Under the pieces are notes generated by a model that was not told the DNA's origin, made no database searches, and was given only the letters and a program-made list of their open reading frames with translations. From the human T2T-CHM13v2.0 reference genome, Homo sapiens: a DNA stretch of 64,000 nt. Positions 26,391-47,065 of the stretch are shown one piece after another (the stretch's first letter is position 1; every line of letters starts with the position of its first letter). The DNA lies in assembly GCF_009914755.1 (NCBI RefSeq), contig NC_060931.1; one strand, 5' to 3'. The position numbers and the translations under genes were made by a program.

Positions 26391-28992
26391 AAAAATAGGT
26401 CTGCGGTGCTGCTCCACAGAGAGCGGCCAGGACCCCATTTCATCTGCCAAAAGAAAATGTATACGCAGACTCGTATTGCTGGAGTCCATTATGCCTTTTA
26501 AGACCTATGCCTCTTAAACAGTACGGTGCTTGTGGGTAAATCATCCCTGCCATTTTTCCTATTCAAATATGTTCTGGTATCTACTAACACAACTGTATTA
26601 GGTGTGTAAAAGGCATCTCTTCCCTGAGTCTAAGCAGAAGTGCTACCTCGCCCCCCTACCTCCCATCAAATCTGTGGCTGCATAAATTGACTTTATAAAG
26701 AAATCCTGCTTTGCTTAAACAGCTTTGGAAAGCTGTTTAATATATTTGGCCGTAATTGGTTTTGTTTTACCATCTGGTTTAGACTTCCCCCTCAGCCAAC
26801 TTTAATTTTGAAGTTAATCATTTTGAAATTGGGCTTTGAATGCACCTAGGTCAGATTTGCCACATCAGAGGAGAGTTTATGTTTGCATTATTCTCAAAAA
26901 GATTCTTCAGTTTTGCTTTGTTTTTTGCAGTTTATTTCCCTATGTGAGTTTCATTTAAAGGAAATTGGTGCCTATACTAATAGCTGAGTATTCACATGTG
27001 TGGAAGACTTTCCTTGGCATTAACCATTAGATACCATCTGATGCAGCTGTCAGTGACATTGGATGTGCATGGGGCTGTGGAATTGAATGTTGACCATAGT
27101 ATTCTGCATCTAGTTAGGGAAGTCAAGCAGTAATTTTGATCTTTCTACTTAGTCAATTGTTTGGCCGAATACATTGACTTATTTGGGAGAGTAGAACTTT
27201 TTTTGGTGGAGAAGAAGTTGTGTCGTGATGGTATGTTTTGAGTTAACCTCAATCATGACAAACCAGAATGATTTCCTAGATGCACAGAGAAGGAAAATGT
27301 TAAAGACTCTCAATTGCTTTTTAATATATAATATGCAATATGGAAATCTGTCACGACACTTGAAAAGAAAACATTTATAAGTGAGGCCTGCTTCACAGTA
27401 ATGACAAAAACAATAGACACTAACATAAATAAATAAATACATAACAAAATATTTGCCAATAAACTCAAGTTTAGATTTCAGTAATTAGGTTTGGAAATGC
27501 ATCTTTGCTACTGAGACACAAACCCCTAAAAACACACAGTTCATTGGTTATATGAAATGCTGAGAAAAAAAATTGTTTCAAAAAATGCTAATGCTGTAAT
27601 AATTTGAAGAGAATAAAAGTAGGATCAAGATCCTCTAACCAGGATCAAATTATTGCCTATCCATTTTTCTGAAGGGCAGACGATTTTTATGTAAGATAAT
27701 AAATCTGTAGAAGTGAACTGTTTGTAATTAAACATGCCACATCATTTCATGACCATTTATAAAGTCAAGTGCTTGTTAACAAAACCGATTTTCATTGTTA
27801 TTACTTTCTTTAAAATTATTTTCATGTGAGATGAATTATTTTCTTGAAAGTAGTCCAGCTTTGGGGGGATTCTGAAATTTAATTATCCTGGGCTTGAAAA
27901 AAAGCTACGTTTTGACTTACCATGTTTTTTGTTTGTTTGTTTCTAGTGAACTGAAGAATAATTGAATAATGAGTTTATAGTAACAATTTTATAATATGCA
28001 TATCTATCATAGAACAGTAACTACAGTAGAATCATTGGTACAGTCTTGATTTCTTAACTTAAAACTAAAATTAGGGATTGAGTGCCTCATTCGAAAATAG
28101 CAGCATTTAAGTGAATGTAGAGTTAACTTATAAGAATGTGAACAATACAATATCTTTCCAATATTTAATGTTATCATTTGTCATATATAAAAATAATTAA
28201 AACATCTCTTTCCTCTCCCAGTTTTACTTTCAAAGTTTCAGCAATAGTCAATTCCCTGCATACACAATTTACCATGCTGCTAAAAGCCTTTATACCTAAT
28301 TTTGCCCACACTGCTCTCGTGACCCAGAGTTCCTTTTCATATTCTTAACCCTCATCCGCCCTGCAAACTCAGCTCAAGCACCACATCTAAAGAGATTCCA
28401 GAAGGACAAGCCTCCCCATCACCACCATAGATAGCATCATATATATAGCAACCCTGTATGCCCCACAGTATCCTGCCCATGCGTCCACGAAAACACTTCC
28501 TGCATTGCACGGAATTTGCCAAATTTGCTTAGAGTCCCCAGTGCTTCATACAGTGCATGAAACATAATAGGCAGCCAATAAATACCCTTTTCATTTATAA
28601 ACAAGAATGTAAAGTACTGCTTACTTCTCACTAGTGGTTTCTTCAATAGACCTTAAAGATACCTTCTCTAGAAAGCATTTCATTTTCCAGCCCCTATTAA
28701 CGTTAGCCAATTTACTTATACAGTCAATTTCATGTTTTGATTTGAATGTATGTTCTCACATGGAGCCCTAAAGATATCAGTACATTTAATTCCATATAAA
28801 AACAAATAAAACAGTGTTTAGCAATTGACGTTGGGACATAAACAGATGAAAAAGACAGTTGTCATATACCATAGTAACCAGAACTTCCATAAACGAGTTA
28901 AGACCTTTAAACGAGAATACATTTGAAATGATTTATTTCTATAAAGTCTTGCTTAGTTGAGTATTCACATAAATAGTGACAATATTGTGTAA

Positions 28993-29130
<138 letters not shown>

Positions 29131-30193
29131 TAACAAGTGTATCGAGAAGTAACAGTTATGAACACACTTGTTTTGAATGTGCTGTAAATAACAAAATGGT
29201 AAAACTGTTTTATTTGAATTAACACATTATTAAATGGGTTATGTTCCATCTTTACTAAAACAAAGCATGAGATTATGATGAAAGAGTAAGCGTGTAAGTC
29301 ACCAGTTCTATCTCCCACTACTTGTTGACATTTATGAGATGAGATTTGTGCCCTGGGTCCTCTATCATTTTTTAACAGAAAAAGAAACAAGTGTGAAGAA
29401 GGCTAGAAGGCAAGGATTAAGGATATTAATCTTAGAATTGTATGGCAATAGCAAGCTGTGAGACCTTTGGAAAGCTGTTTAATATATTTGGCCATAATTA
29501 AGTGCATCTCTGAAGGAACTATTAAAAACAGATGCTTTAAAAAAATTTTACAACCTTGAACTTTTTTGATTCTTTTTGGGCTTGAACATCTAAAATAGAT
29601 GAGGAGAAGTTCCTTAAACTGTTTTCTTCAACTCAGTCATTAAAACACATTTATTGAGCTTCTACTATATCTCACGTGCAGACCCAGGTCTTATAGCAAT
29701 AACCCTCCCCCAGAAATTTAGAATCTAATTGGAGAGAGAGTAAAATAGAGATAAAACAAAACCCTGTGTCATGTACCTATTAATCCAATATCTCTTGGCC
29801 TTCTGAAGGATCAGAAAACTTAACTCCCTGCCTTCTTTCAAACATGTTCAAATCCTCCAACTCCAGTAACATAAATCTCTTTTCTTCACTTTTTGGCAAA
29901 ATCAACAGCCTTTTTGCAAACCGTATCTGTCACAAATGGCCTCTCACAGAGAGATTTCCAGCTAGCTCAATTTACAACAAACATTGCCTTCCAAACGGAA
30001 TAGCAGGTTTTCCAGGAAATTAGGTAAAATAGCAAGGACCATAACAAAACAGTAGTAATTGTTTAAATAGTTTACCACAATATTTATTTTGGATCAGCTA
30101 TAAAAGTAATGTCAGAAACTTCATTTGAGTTTCTTCAGTCTACAAATACTAAAAATCTGCATAAACACAGTATACCTATTTGGCCCCACTACT

Positions 30194-30217
30194 AAAAAAA
30201 AAAAAAAAAAAAAAAAA
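30194..30217. repeat. Poly-A tract (about 24 nt)
   Basis: Directly visible. Confidence 0.95.
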
Positions 30218-30422
30218 GAGCTAGAGCCAGACATTAGAGAGAATGTGTCTGGCCAAAAGACATCCCCATTGTTTAAAGACAATACATACGTGTGTGCTTG
30301 TTTATTTATTGGTGAATAAGAATTATTTAAGTATATATTGTGTGCTTTCCAAGGATCTCTGATTGGCAGCTATGATTCTCCACTGTAACTTATGACAATT
30401 CTGTGGCATTAAAAAGTACTAG

Positions 30423-30880
<458 letters not shown>

Positions 30881-31179
30881 TTTTACCACTCCATTTCAGT
30901 GGTTTGAATTTTCTTTGAACCCAGCAGAAGTGAACAGATGTGGATTTTACAATTTAAAAATTTAAAGCAACAGAAAAGCATACACACATGCATCATGACA
31001 ATTTCATAGCAGTGTGATTTTAACAGGCTGTTACCTTAAGGTCTGAAACAAAAATAAAAAGATCTTCAACCATATTCATAGGAGTGAATATAACATTAGA
31101 TGTCTAAGACTGTGTAAACAATCTTCATGGCCAAGAGGCTCAATTATAATGATTCTCTCCTGATATGTATTTCATTTGA

Positions 31180-31568
31180 TGTGATACATATACACCACGA
31201 AAAACTATGCAGCCAAAGAAAGAGTAAAATCATGTCCTTTGCAGCAACATGGATGCAGCTGGAAGGTATTATCCTAAGTGAATTCATGCAGAAACAGAAA
31301 AATATCACGTTCTCATTTATAATTGGAATCTAAACAGTGGGTATACGTGGACACAAAGATAGAAAGAGTAGACACTGGGGACTCCAAGAGTGGGAGGAGG
31401 GGCAGAGAGACAAGAGGACATGGTTGAAAAACTACCTATGGAAAACTTTATTTATTATTTGGGTGATGGGTTCAATAGAAGCTCAAACCTCAGCGTTACA
31501 CAATATACCCATGTAACAATCTTCACATGCATAACTTGAATCTAAAATTTTGTTTAAAAAGGAAAAAA
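31180..31568 (+). mobile_element. L1PA16/L1PB-like 3' end
   Basis: aaatcatgtcctttgcagcaacatggatgcagctgga (KIMSFAATWMQLE, ORF2 C-terminus) plus 3'UTR; TSD tatttcatttga on both sides. Confidence 0.88.
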
Positions 31569-31646
31569 TGTATATTTCATTTGAGATTTCCCATCATCTA
31601 CAGCTCTTATAAATTGCAGTGATGTCAGTGGTCTTTGCTGAAGATT

Positions 31647-31799
31647 TTATGCGCATAAATTGTGTTCTCATAGGGAGATTTGACTTCACATCTTGGCTAC
31701 TGACATAGAAACATTTTTTATATTATGCGCATAAATTGTGTTCTCATAGGGAGATTTGACTTCATATCTTGGCTACTGACATAGAAACATTTTTTATAT
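31647..31799. repeat. 76-bp tandem duplication (2 copies, 1 mismatch)
   Basis: ttatgcgcataaattgtgttctcatagggagatttgacttca(c/t)atcttggctactgacatagaaacattttttata occurs twice. Confidence 0.97.
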
Positions 31800-32213
31800 G
31801 TCTAAATGGCAAATTGCTCAATTTAAGCATAAATCAACAAATGTATCACCAATATTTCAGCAGACGCTAATTCTTTTTCCCGTATCATTTAAAAAGTTAT
31901 TAGATGCGCTGGCTTGATGGGGTCAATTCCAGTTTTTAAAATCTTGGTCCACGTGTCTATGTGTCTTTGGACAGTTCTAGGCATCCAGTGCCCCAAAGTC
32001 ATGGGAGACTTAATTCAGCAAATCATATGCTAATTGAATGTCTTCCCTGGTGCAGCTCTTCCCTGGTTACTATTTTTACCTTTCCTTTTTAAGAGTTGGG
32101 GCAAACCTTATTGTATCTTCTGAATACAAGTCAATATTCAATGGACGTTTTAAATAAGTTAATTGTATCTAATGTGTGTAACTCAATGTAAACATTGCCA
32201 TATTTATATCTAC

Positions 32214-33175
<962 letters not shown>

Positions 33176-33654
33176 TTTACTAATTACACACTTCTGCCTT
33201 GGAAGAATATCTTTTATTTAAGTTAATGTATCGTATATAGGCTTTTAGAAGCCATTTGTGTCTCCTTATTTTTCAGAATACTGATTGCAGCATGTTTGAT
33301 ACTTTTTAAGCAAAATCACACTGAAAATAAGACATTTCAACTGTTCTTCATTAGTGAATATTTGGGAGAGCAGAATGCAATGATGCTTATCTAAGGGGAT
33401 GTTTCGGTTTGATTTCAGGGCTCTAAAAAATGGTGAAGCCATTAAAAGAGACAACCCACTTCAAATAATATAGTTATATTTGTAAATTGTCCTATTTTGT
33501 TAAACTTAAAACAGTTCTATATTTAAGTAACTGTAACTACTTGTAGGCATTCGGAAGAATAAACCTTAAAATAATTTATTGCTTTCACGGTGATTTTATT
33601 GAAAACGTCACTTCCTTTAAATCATTTCATCAGTTATTCTCATAAGAAAATACA

Positions 33655-33905
33655 ATGTCAGTGAAATAAACAGAAAATCAAATACCACATGAACTCACTT
33701 ATAAGTTAGAGCTAAATGACACATGGACACTCAGAGTGAAATAATAGATACTAGAGCCTCCAAAATGTTGCGGGGAGGAAGTATTGAAAGGTCACCTATT
33801 GCGTACAATGCTCACCATTTGGGCGACGGATACATTAAAAGCTCAGACTTCACCATATATGGATGTGAGACATCTGCACTTATACCCACTAAATACAAAT
33901 AAGTA
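33655..33905 (+). mobile_element. L1PB/L1MA 3'UTR fragment
   Basis: cagaaaatcaaataccacatgaactcacttataag...gctcagacttcacca. Confidence 0.75.
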
Positions 33906-33979
33906 AATGACTGACACGATATTATATTATCCAATAACAATTACTCATACTAGTAATTTCTTTAAGAAAGAACAGCTGT

Positions 33980-34530
33980 GGCTGGGCATTGTGGCTACAC
34001 CTGTTACCCAATACTCTGGGAGGCCAAGGTGGAAGAATTGCTTTAGGCCAGAAGTTTGACACCAGCCTGGGAAACATAGTAAGAATGTGTCTCTAAAAAA
34101 AAATTTTAAAAATCAGCCAGGCATGGTGATGCATGCCTGTAGTCCTAGCTTCTCAGGAGGCTGAAGAGGGAGGATTGCTTGAGCCCAGGTGTTTGAGGTT
34201 ACAGTATGCTATGATCACAGCACTGCACTCCAGCCTGAGCAACAGAACTCACATCTGTAATCCCAGAACTGTGGGAGGCCAAGGCGGGAGGATTTCTTGA
34301 GGCCAGGAGTTCAAGGCCAGCCTGGGCAACATAGAGACCCCATCTCTACAAAAAAAAAATTTAAAAATATAATTAGTCGGTTGTAGTGGCACGTGCCTAT
34401 AGTTTCAACTATATAAGAGGCTGAGGCAGGATTGCTTGACCCTAGGAGTGTAAGGCTTCAGTGAGCTATGATTGAACCACTACAGTCCAGCCTGAGAAAG
34501 ACCCTGTCTCAAAAAAAAGAAAACAAAATA
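33980..34530 (+). mobile_element. Two AluJ elements fused head-to-tail
   Basis: J diagnostics (ggattgcttgagcccagg, ctatgat). Junction at ~34248 lacks the first tail and the second 5' end. Confidence 0.88.
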
Positions 34531-35044
34531 GAATACTTACAAATTTATGGTGTTTTCATTCTTGTATAGCTTTGGTATTCTTGTATACTTTTGATATTAC
34601 TTGTATATTGATTAACTTATGAAAATATATCTTTGCTTAACTATTGGGTTTCTCCAAGTTTGGTCTTGCTCTTGTAAGAGTTGTATCTATATATAAAGCC
34701 TTCAGTAATTTTGCAGGTAACGGGACTTATGTTAAATATTGTCTTTTCTTCATCTATAAATGAAATAGCATTCTGATAGATGAGATTATGTAAATCCTTT
34801 AGTCAGACGATTAGACTTACTGCATAATTATATTTTAGACATGAGATCATATAGTAGCCTCAAATTGTATGACAGATTTGAGAGAAAAGGGATAAATAAT
34901 CTAAAACTCACTTGAAAGTCAGCAGCCTGAGACATTCTCTGTTTCTGTGTACAAATATGTTAGAAAAATGGTTCTGAAACACTTTGACATTCCTCACTAC
35001 TTAAAGATTATGTAAGAAAGTAGCAGGATGGAAACTGCCTTATT

Positions 35045-35052
35045 ATTTTCTT

Positions 35053-35084
<32 letters not shown>

Positions 35085-35351
35085 TCCCCAGACAGAGTGT
35101 CACTCTTTCACCCAGGCTGGAATGCAGTGACACAATCTGAGCTCACTGCAACCTCCGCCTCCTGGGTTCAAGCCATTCGCAAGCCTCAGCTTCCCAAGTG
35201 CGCCATCACGCCAGGCTGATTTTTGTATTTTTAGTAGAGATGGGGTTTCACCATGTTGGACAGATTGGTCTTGAACTCCCAGGCTCAAGTGATCCACCCA
35301 CCTCAGCCTCCCAAAGTGCTGGGGTTACAGGCATGAGCTGCCGTGACAGCC
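35045..35351 (-). mobile_element. Alu (Jb/S) with small deletions and a (CTT)n tail
   Basis: TSD aaactgcc(t/c)tatt. Confidence 0.92.
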
Positions 35352-35591
35352 AAAAACTGCCCTATTTTCACAGTGAATACACAAAAGAGCTATAAAATTA
35401 AAACATGAAGCTCCTTTGCAGTAATCATTAATGGAGCACAAAACCCTCAAGCCAGCCTATGAAATGCCAGTTCAATTCCGTGTCCGTTCTGTAATTCAGG
35501 AAAAACTCTACAAAAGTATCTTACAAAGGAAGTATTCTGCTTTACTAAATCTTTCCTTTAATGAAATACTGATCTGAAAACCCCTAATTGA

Positions 35592-36075
<484 letters not shown>

Positions 36076-36089
36076 CAGGCTGCAATTTT

Positions 36090-37390
36090 AAACAGAGCGA
36101 TTAGAGCAGGCCTCATTGGGATGGCATTTGTGCACAAAGTCAAAAGTGATGAAAAAATTATCCATGAAGTTTTGTGGGAGAAAAGCATTCTAGGCAGACA
36201 CTAGCAGTCACAAAGATCCCATGGCCAGCTACACTGGAAGAATAGCAAAGATGGCCGTTGTGGACAAGGCAGAGTGAGCAGGAGGAATTCAATAGGAATT
36301 GAATGAGGTGGGGTGGAGTGCAGGTAATTTAGGGCTCCATAGACCATTGTAAGATTTCTTTTACTCAGGTAGGAAGCCATCTAAACAAGACTTAGACTTT
36401 TAAAGGATCAGCCTGGTTGCTATGAGAATAGAATAGGTTGGGTGAGAAGAGACACAGATGAGGCAAAATAAACACCAGCCGGGAAACCACAGAAATAATC
36501 CAAGCATGCTATGATAGTGTCTTGGATGAGAATAATAGCAGTAGAGATGGTAGCTATGATAGTGTCTTGGATTAGGGTAATAGCAGTAGAGATGGTAGCT
36601 ATGATAGTGTCTTGGATTAGGGTAATAGCAGTAGAGATGGTAGCTATGATAGTGTCTTGGATGAGAGTAATAGCAGTAGAGATGGTAGCTACAATAGCGT
36701 CTTGGATTATGGTAATAGCAGTAGAGATGGTAGCTATGATAGCGTCTTGGATTAGGGTAATAGCAGTAGAGATGGTATCTATGATAGTGTCTTGGATTAG
36801 GGTAATAGCAGTAGAGATGGTAGCTATGATAGTGTCTTGGATTGGGGTAATAGCAGTAGAGATGGTAAGATTTTAGGTAAGATTAGATGAAGGATGTGAG
36901 GAGTCCAAGATCATTTCTGCCTGAAAAACCAGAAGAATGGAGTGGCCATTAAGTGATTGAGGACGACTGAGAAGAAAAATTTCAGAGGCAAAAATATGCT
37001 TTATTTATTTATTTTGAGGTGTCTAGTAGATACCTAACTGCAGATGAGGTGGGGTGGAGGGCAGGTAATTTAGAGGTTAATATAATCTGATGTCCTTAAA
37101 ATGAGATGAGATCACCAAGATGAGTACTAAGAGAGGAGGCAAGCAGCCCAAGGTCGAGCTCGGGGGCACACCGATGTTTTATCAAAATTCAGGGAAATGA
37201 AGATTGAGCCGGCAGCAAAAGACAGACTGAGAAGGAGCAGCCAGTAAAGGAGAAATGTCAAGCAAGTGTAGAAATTTGCAAGCCAACTGAAGAGTGCTTC
37301 AAGGTTAAATGCTGGCTGCTGATTAGAGTTAACAATGTGGAAATCTTTGGTGAGTTTTACTAGGAGTAGTGGAGTGGAGACAAAGCCTAA
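36090..37390 (-). mobile_element. L2 remnant hosting the VNTR
   Basis: ttttaaaggatcagcctggttgct; aataatccaag; gagtccaagatcatttc; tttgaggtgtctagtaga; gatgagatcacc; gactgagaaggagcagccag. Confidence 0.7.
36508..36867. repeat. Minisatellite/VNTR, 8 x 45 bp
   Basis: Unit gctatgatagtgtcttggattagggtaatagcagtagagatggta; copies start every 45 bp from 36508. Confidence 0.98.
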
Positions 37391-37919
37391 TCACCTATCA
37401 GATGACCTAACCAAGTGTCCAAACTTAACAGCCTGAAAAAGCCATAACTGTATGATGCAATATGGAGACCATAGCATCATCTTGCACTCTTGCATAAAAA
37501 GTTTAACCTGAAACTTAAAAAATTTAGACCTTTCAGTTTACAGGAAGTTCAAAGGGATATTAGAAGTTAAATTAATGACACTACAAAGGAAAACTCTACA
37601 AGACAACAGGCCTAGTATTTCCAGAAAGTGAGAATCTTAAATGAATCCTGTTTGGGGGATGAGGGTAGCTATTTACAAAAGAGACACATGGAAAAATCTG
37701 AAATAAGAACTTGATGTTAAATTAGGGAAGTATTTTAAGTGGGGCCGTGGTATTGAGAATATTATATAGAATCATGTTCTTAGCAGATGTATGTTTAAGT
37801 ATTGTCGTGTCTACGACTTTCCTTGAAATATTTCATGTAAAGCAAATATGCCAAAATATTTTAAAAAAAGAGAAGTGGTTCTGACAGCCATTTCCAACTA
37901 TTCAAACTAATTGATATTC

Positions 37920-39680
<1,761 letters not shown>

Positions 39681-40050
39681 TTCAAATAGCGGCAGCACCA
39701 GGAGAGTTTCCTCTGCTCTGGTTGTGTAATTGTGTCGAGGGTCCAATTACCTTCCTGAATTTTTTTTTAATGTAAGTAATTTGTTTTAATTGACAAAATA
39801 ATGAATACCTTTGGTTTAATTTATTTTTAATAATACGAAAGGGAATATGGTCAAATATAAGTTTTCTCTGCACCTCAGGTCCTCTCCAAGGAAACCACTG
39901 TAACAGCATCCAGTGTCTTCCTTTCAGAAATATTCTATTCACAGATAAGAATATTTATGCCTATGTAGATAGATAGATATGGATATAGGTGATTCTACAT
40001 TTCTGTGGTATCAGTCACATTCTGAAGAGGACAGAACTGATCCACTTAAA

Positions 40051-40446
<396 letters not shown>

Positions 40447-40562
40447 CTATAGAGCTCACACCACCCTGGGCCCAAGGATATGAGGGGTTGCAGAGATTAG
40501 AGAGCTCAGATGTGTTTGAGAACTGAAATGAGCCACAGTTTTTTAAAAAGTGTGACATTCTT

Positions 40563-40947
<385 letters not shown>

Positions 40948-41189
40948 TTACTGAAGGCTGACTGAGGCAGTCTCACAAGAAAGAACCAGGAAAATGCATA
41001 CCCTGACCTAAATCTTCTCCCCACTCTAATCTGCTGATAGGGTAAGCTCAATCAAGGAGAAGTTTAGGATCTCTCAGTGTACTCTGCCTTATGGAGCTGA
41101 GGGCAGGGAGGGGAAAGCTGAAGAGTGATTCTTGGAGGGGAAAATGGAGATTTCTGACCTTCATGCATCACCACAATCAATTCACTATT

Positions 41190-42654
<1,465 letters not shown>

Positions 42655-42896
42655 TCTGTTTATTTTTTATATCAATTTTAGATTTCATCATGACTTTTTA
42701 AGTTTCCCGTTAGTTAGTGTTTGTGGTTATATTCTCCCAACATCTAGGTACCTTGGATGTCTTTCTCGCTTCCTCTCTCTATCTCTCATCTTCCTTCTAC
42801 CTACATCTCACTATATACTCTCTCTCCTAGTTCATGGCTACCCATAAACTTTTCCTAGTCTGCCCCTGCAGTGTGTAATCAAAGATACACCAGGTT

Positions 42897-43198
<302 letters not shown>

Positions 43199-44336
43199 GA
43201 TACAGCAGGTTGTGGTGAAATAAAATGTATCTATGGACGTGAAGCAGATAACTCAAACTTGATATTTAAAACAAGTATGTTACATATTCCTGTGCATTTC
43301 AGAAAATTTACTTTGGGGCACAATATTTCTTGTATCTTTTTGTTATCGTCATCTTTTTTCCTCCAGTAAAAGAGATGAGATGGAAATAAGGCTAAATATT
43401 TTTTTGGGGAGAAATATAGTTTACAATTATTCTAAATTTAACCCATTTTGAGAAAACAAATTATGAATTTAAATTTAAAATTTACTTTTCTAAGAGTTTC
43501 TATCAAAACCTATCAGGTTTGAAACTTCCTTGTTATATAAGAAAAAGTATAACCTCAAACTGAAAATGCCACTGATTATCACTGGTTTCTACACACAGAA
43601 TATCTGAGGCATCTTAATTAATTTACCTCCAAGTAATCAATTAATAATGTAACCCCTTTAATCCTTTTGGGTTTCTTGTGGTCTCATTCTACTCCAGGTT
43701 TTTAAGATTTTCTACTTGGAGCATTAAAATAGCTGTTGAGTTTATTTTGCCTTTAGTTTTTCCCTTTCCTGTCTATCCTGCACCTATTACTACCTTAATA
43801 TTTTAAATATGTAGTTATCAAGTAAGTTCATTTTTGAAGACTTTCAGTGCTTTCCATGCCTAGTAAAAAATGTTCTAAATGCCAAAGCTAGTTAAAACCA
43901 TTCAATTAGGGGTGAAGAGAATATATCTCCGTGGTGCATCTCTTGATGGCTGGCTTTATTTTGCCTCTGGATAAAGTTCAAAAATCCCTTGAACAGTGAG
44001 TGGACTGTATATCATCACACAATCTCCCAGAAATATTGTTTCCTGCTATTTAACTTCTTGATAAGAAACCATAATCAAATGGCAGAGTTTACACCGTAGG
44101 TACTCAATAAATATAAGTCGAATGAACAAACAAAGCTACATTCTCCAAGAAAATCCCTAATGTAATAATTAATACATTTTGCAATCTGAACCCAACCTAT
44201 GGTTGTACATTTAACATCTATCAGTTCGGTTTTTTCAGCTGCATATAACGCAACACATAAATGACTTAAATAATAGCAGCCACCAAATGTATTATGTCAT
44301 AATAAGAAGGCAAGATATAGGTCCACATCAAAGTAG

Positions 44337-45070
<734 letters not shown>

Positions 45071-47065
45071 TTGCTATAGAAGAGGACTGTAAATTTTGCA
45101 GAACAATGTGCAACAGCTTAATGACTTTGTTAGGATGCCTGACTCTTTCCTTCTTGATCCTTGGAGACTGAAATAGTATCCCCTTCTAAAAGGCACAGGC
45201 CACGTGAAGGAGGCTAGATACTTGAGCAAGAGCAGGGTGACGACAGGAAGAAAGGGGAAAGGGCTGTGGCATGGGCATCCACAACTGTCTGCTGTGATCC
45301 TCATTCCTGTGTGCAGACTTTGTTCTCTAGCTAAACTCACTGATTTATTACTTCACAACCACATTCTGTGCTTAACTAAACATGCAGGCCCTTGCCTTCC
45401 CTCCACGTAGAAGGGGATTCCTCCTCCTTCCAGGCTACTCAAGTCTAAACTTTCTTTCAAAGATTTGTTATTCCATAAAACTTCCATACACGCATAAAAC
45501 AATGGCCTATGATCTTAATTCTGTACCAATATTTCTAATATCTGGCATATGTATATAGAACTCATTTGCTAATTATGTTTGCATGAATAAAGACAATTTC
45601 TTTAGAATGAAACTTTCTTTATTCTTTGTTTCTCAGAGTTTGTTTTAGAGTGTCTTATGTGGAACAGGCGACTGACTGATTTGAAAGAACTTAGGGTTGT
45701 TTATTTAGGTTTAATACAGTTCAACCTGGAGACAGATGAATAGACAGATGGTTTTGCAGGTTCTTCTCCTGTGGGCCAGCAATCTTTCAAAAGACATTTT
45801 ATTTACAAAACAGTGAGAAATATATTGTAAAAGTATAACTCTAAGTAAATTAGCAAAATGAGATAAAGTGAACTCTAGTTCATTATAATAAAAAAGATTT
45901 AAAAGGCAGAAAACCCAAGTTAAGTTGCTTATCTCATCATAGCAAAATTAATGATTAATAGATGTAGACCAAATATGCTTGCTTTTTTTTTTAATGAAAA
46001 GTTTGGGCATAATGTCAGAGGTACAGTAAATATCTTAGCATTTAAACATTTCTATAAATAAATGCTTGTTGAAGGAGCTCCATCAATATTACAATAGTGT
46101 TTCTAGTTTTACCACTATAATGTTATGTAATAATAACATATTAAATTAGTTACTGGAATTGTGATTATTTTTCTAAATAATTTCTATTTGAATAAAATAA
46201 ATAGAAGGCAGGATAAAATAAATAGAAGACACTCCATAGAGAATATCCTTTCAACTGAAATCAAAATCTAGTTAGTATAGAAATAAAAGTACTCAAATAT
46301 TGTTGAGATCAACATAGAAGGTAATGCAGAAGAAAATACTATGATTATGGAAACAGCTCTGAGAGTCACGAGTATGAAAAACAGTATTCAAGGAAGCAAG
46401 AATTCTAAATATATTTCTTGTCTTAATAAGCAAAAATAAAATTTCATGCTGAGATGAAGGGAACAACTCATAAATTAAGGAGGCAATTTATACTGGAATA
46501 ATAACTTATAAATTGTTTTAAATAATGGGCCAATCATTTACAAAAATAAGCTATCAGTAACCTAGAAGCAGTCTTTTCTAAAGTTTAGAACAAGGCATAT
46601 TTAATGTCCAGGTGTAAAGTTGGCATTAGTCTAAAAGCAAATTAAATATCCTAGCACTGTTATATGTATGTGGTCTAAGCATGGGGAAAGTCTTAGCTGA
46701 CCCTGAGATTGAGAATGCTGAACTTGATTTTATGAAGAAGTGAAACTGCCTTTATAGTCAGTGATCACTTTCTATGAATTATATGAAGTCTACAGTCAGG
46801 TGCAGAAATGATTTAACTTGCTAAATGAGATTACAAAGATTATTATATGTCACTCTGAGTAGATCAGATTAAAACATGGCAGGAGGACCTATGGAAAAGC
46901 AGTCTTAGGAGAAATGACTGAACAGATCGTGTTAGCCCTGGCTGCAGGCTGTCTTCTCTCCTTGTGCTCCCTTCCTGGGCTGTTTCTCCTCCTACTCAGC
47001 AACTGCATTCTCCTTTGAGCCCCCGCTGCAGAGAAGTGCGATGCGCTAGAGCCTTGCTATTCCAA

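Noticed and set aside
30194-30217. Orphan poly-A as a processed pseudogene tail
   Set aside because: No recognisable upstream transcript sequence and no convincing TSD.
36508-36867. 45-bp array as a CRISPR-like array or a repeat membrane protein
   Set aside because: Units are head-to-tail with no unique spacers. The open frame follows from one stop-free 15-codon unit, with no promoter or splice support.
36871-36882. ttttAG|GTAAGA as a recursive splice site
   Set aside because: Only four pyrimidines precede the AG and the upstream sequence is AG-rich VNTR. It is better explained as a small ggtaagatt duplication.
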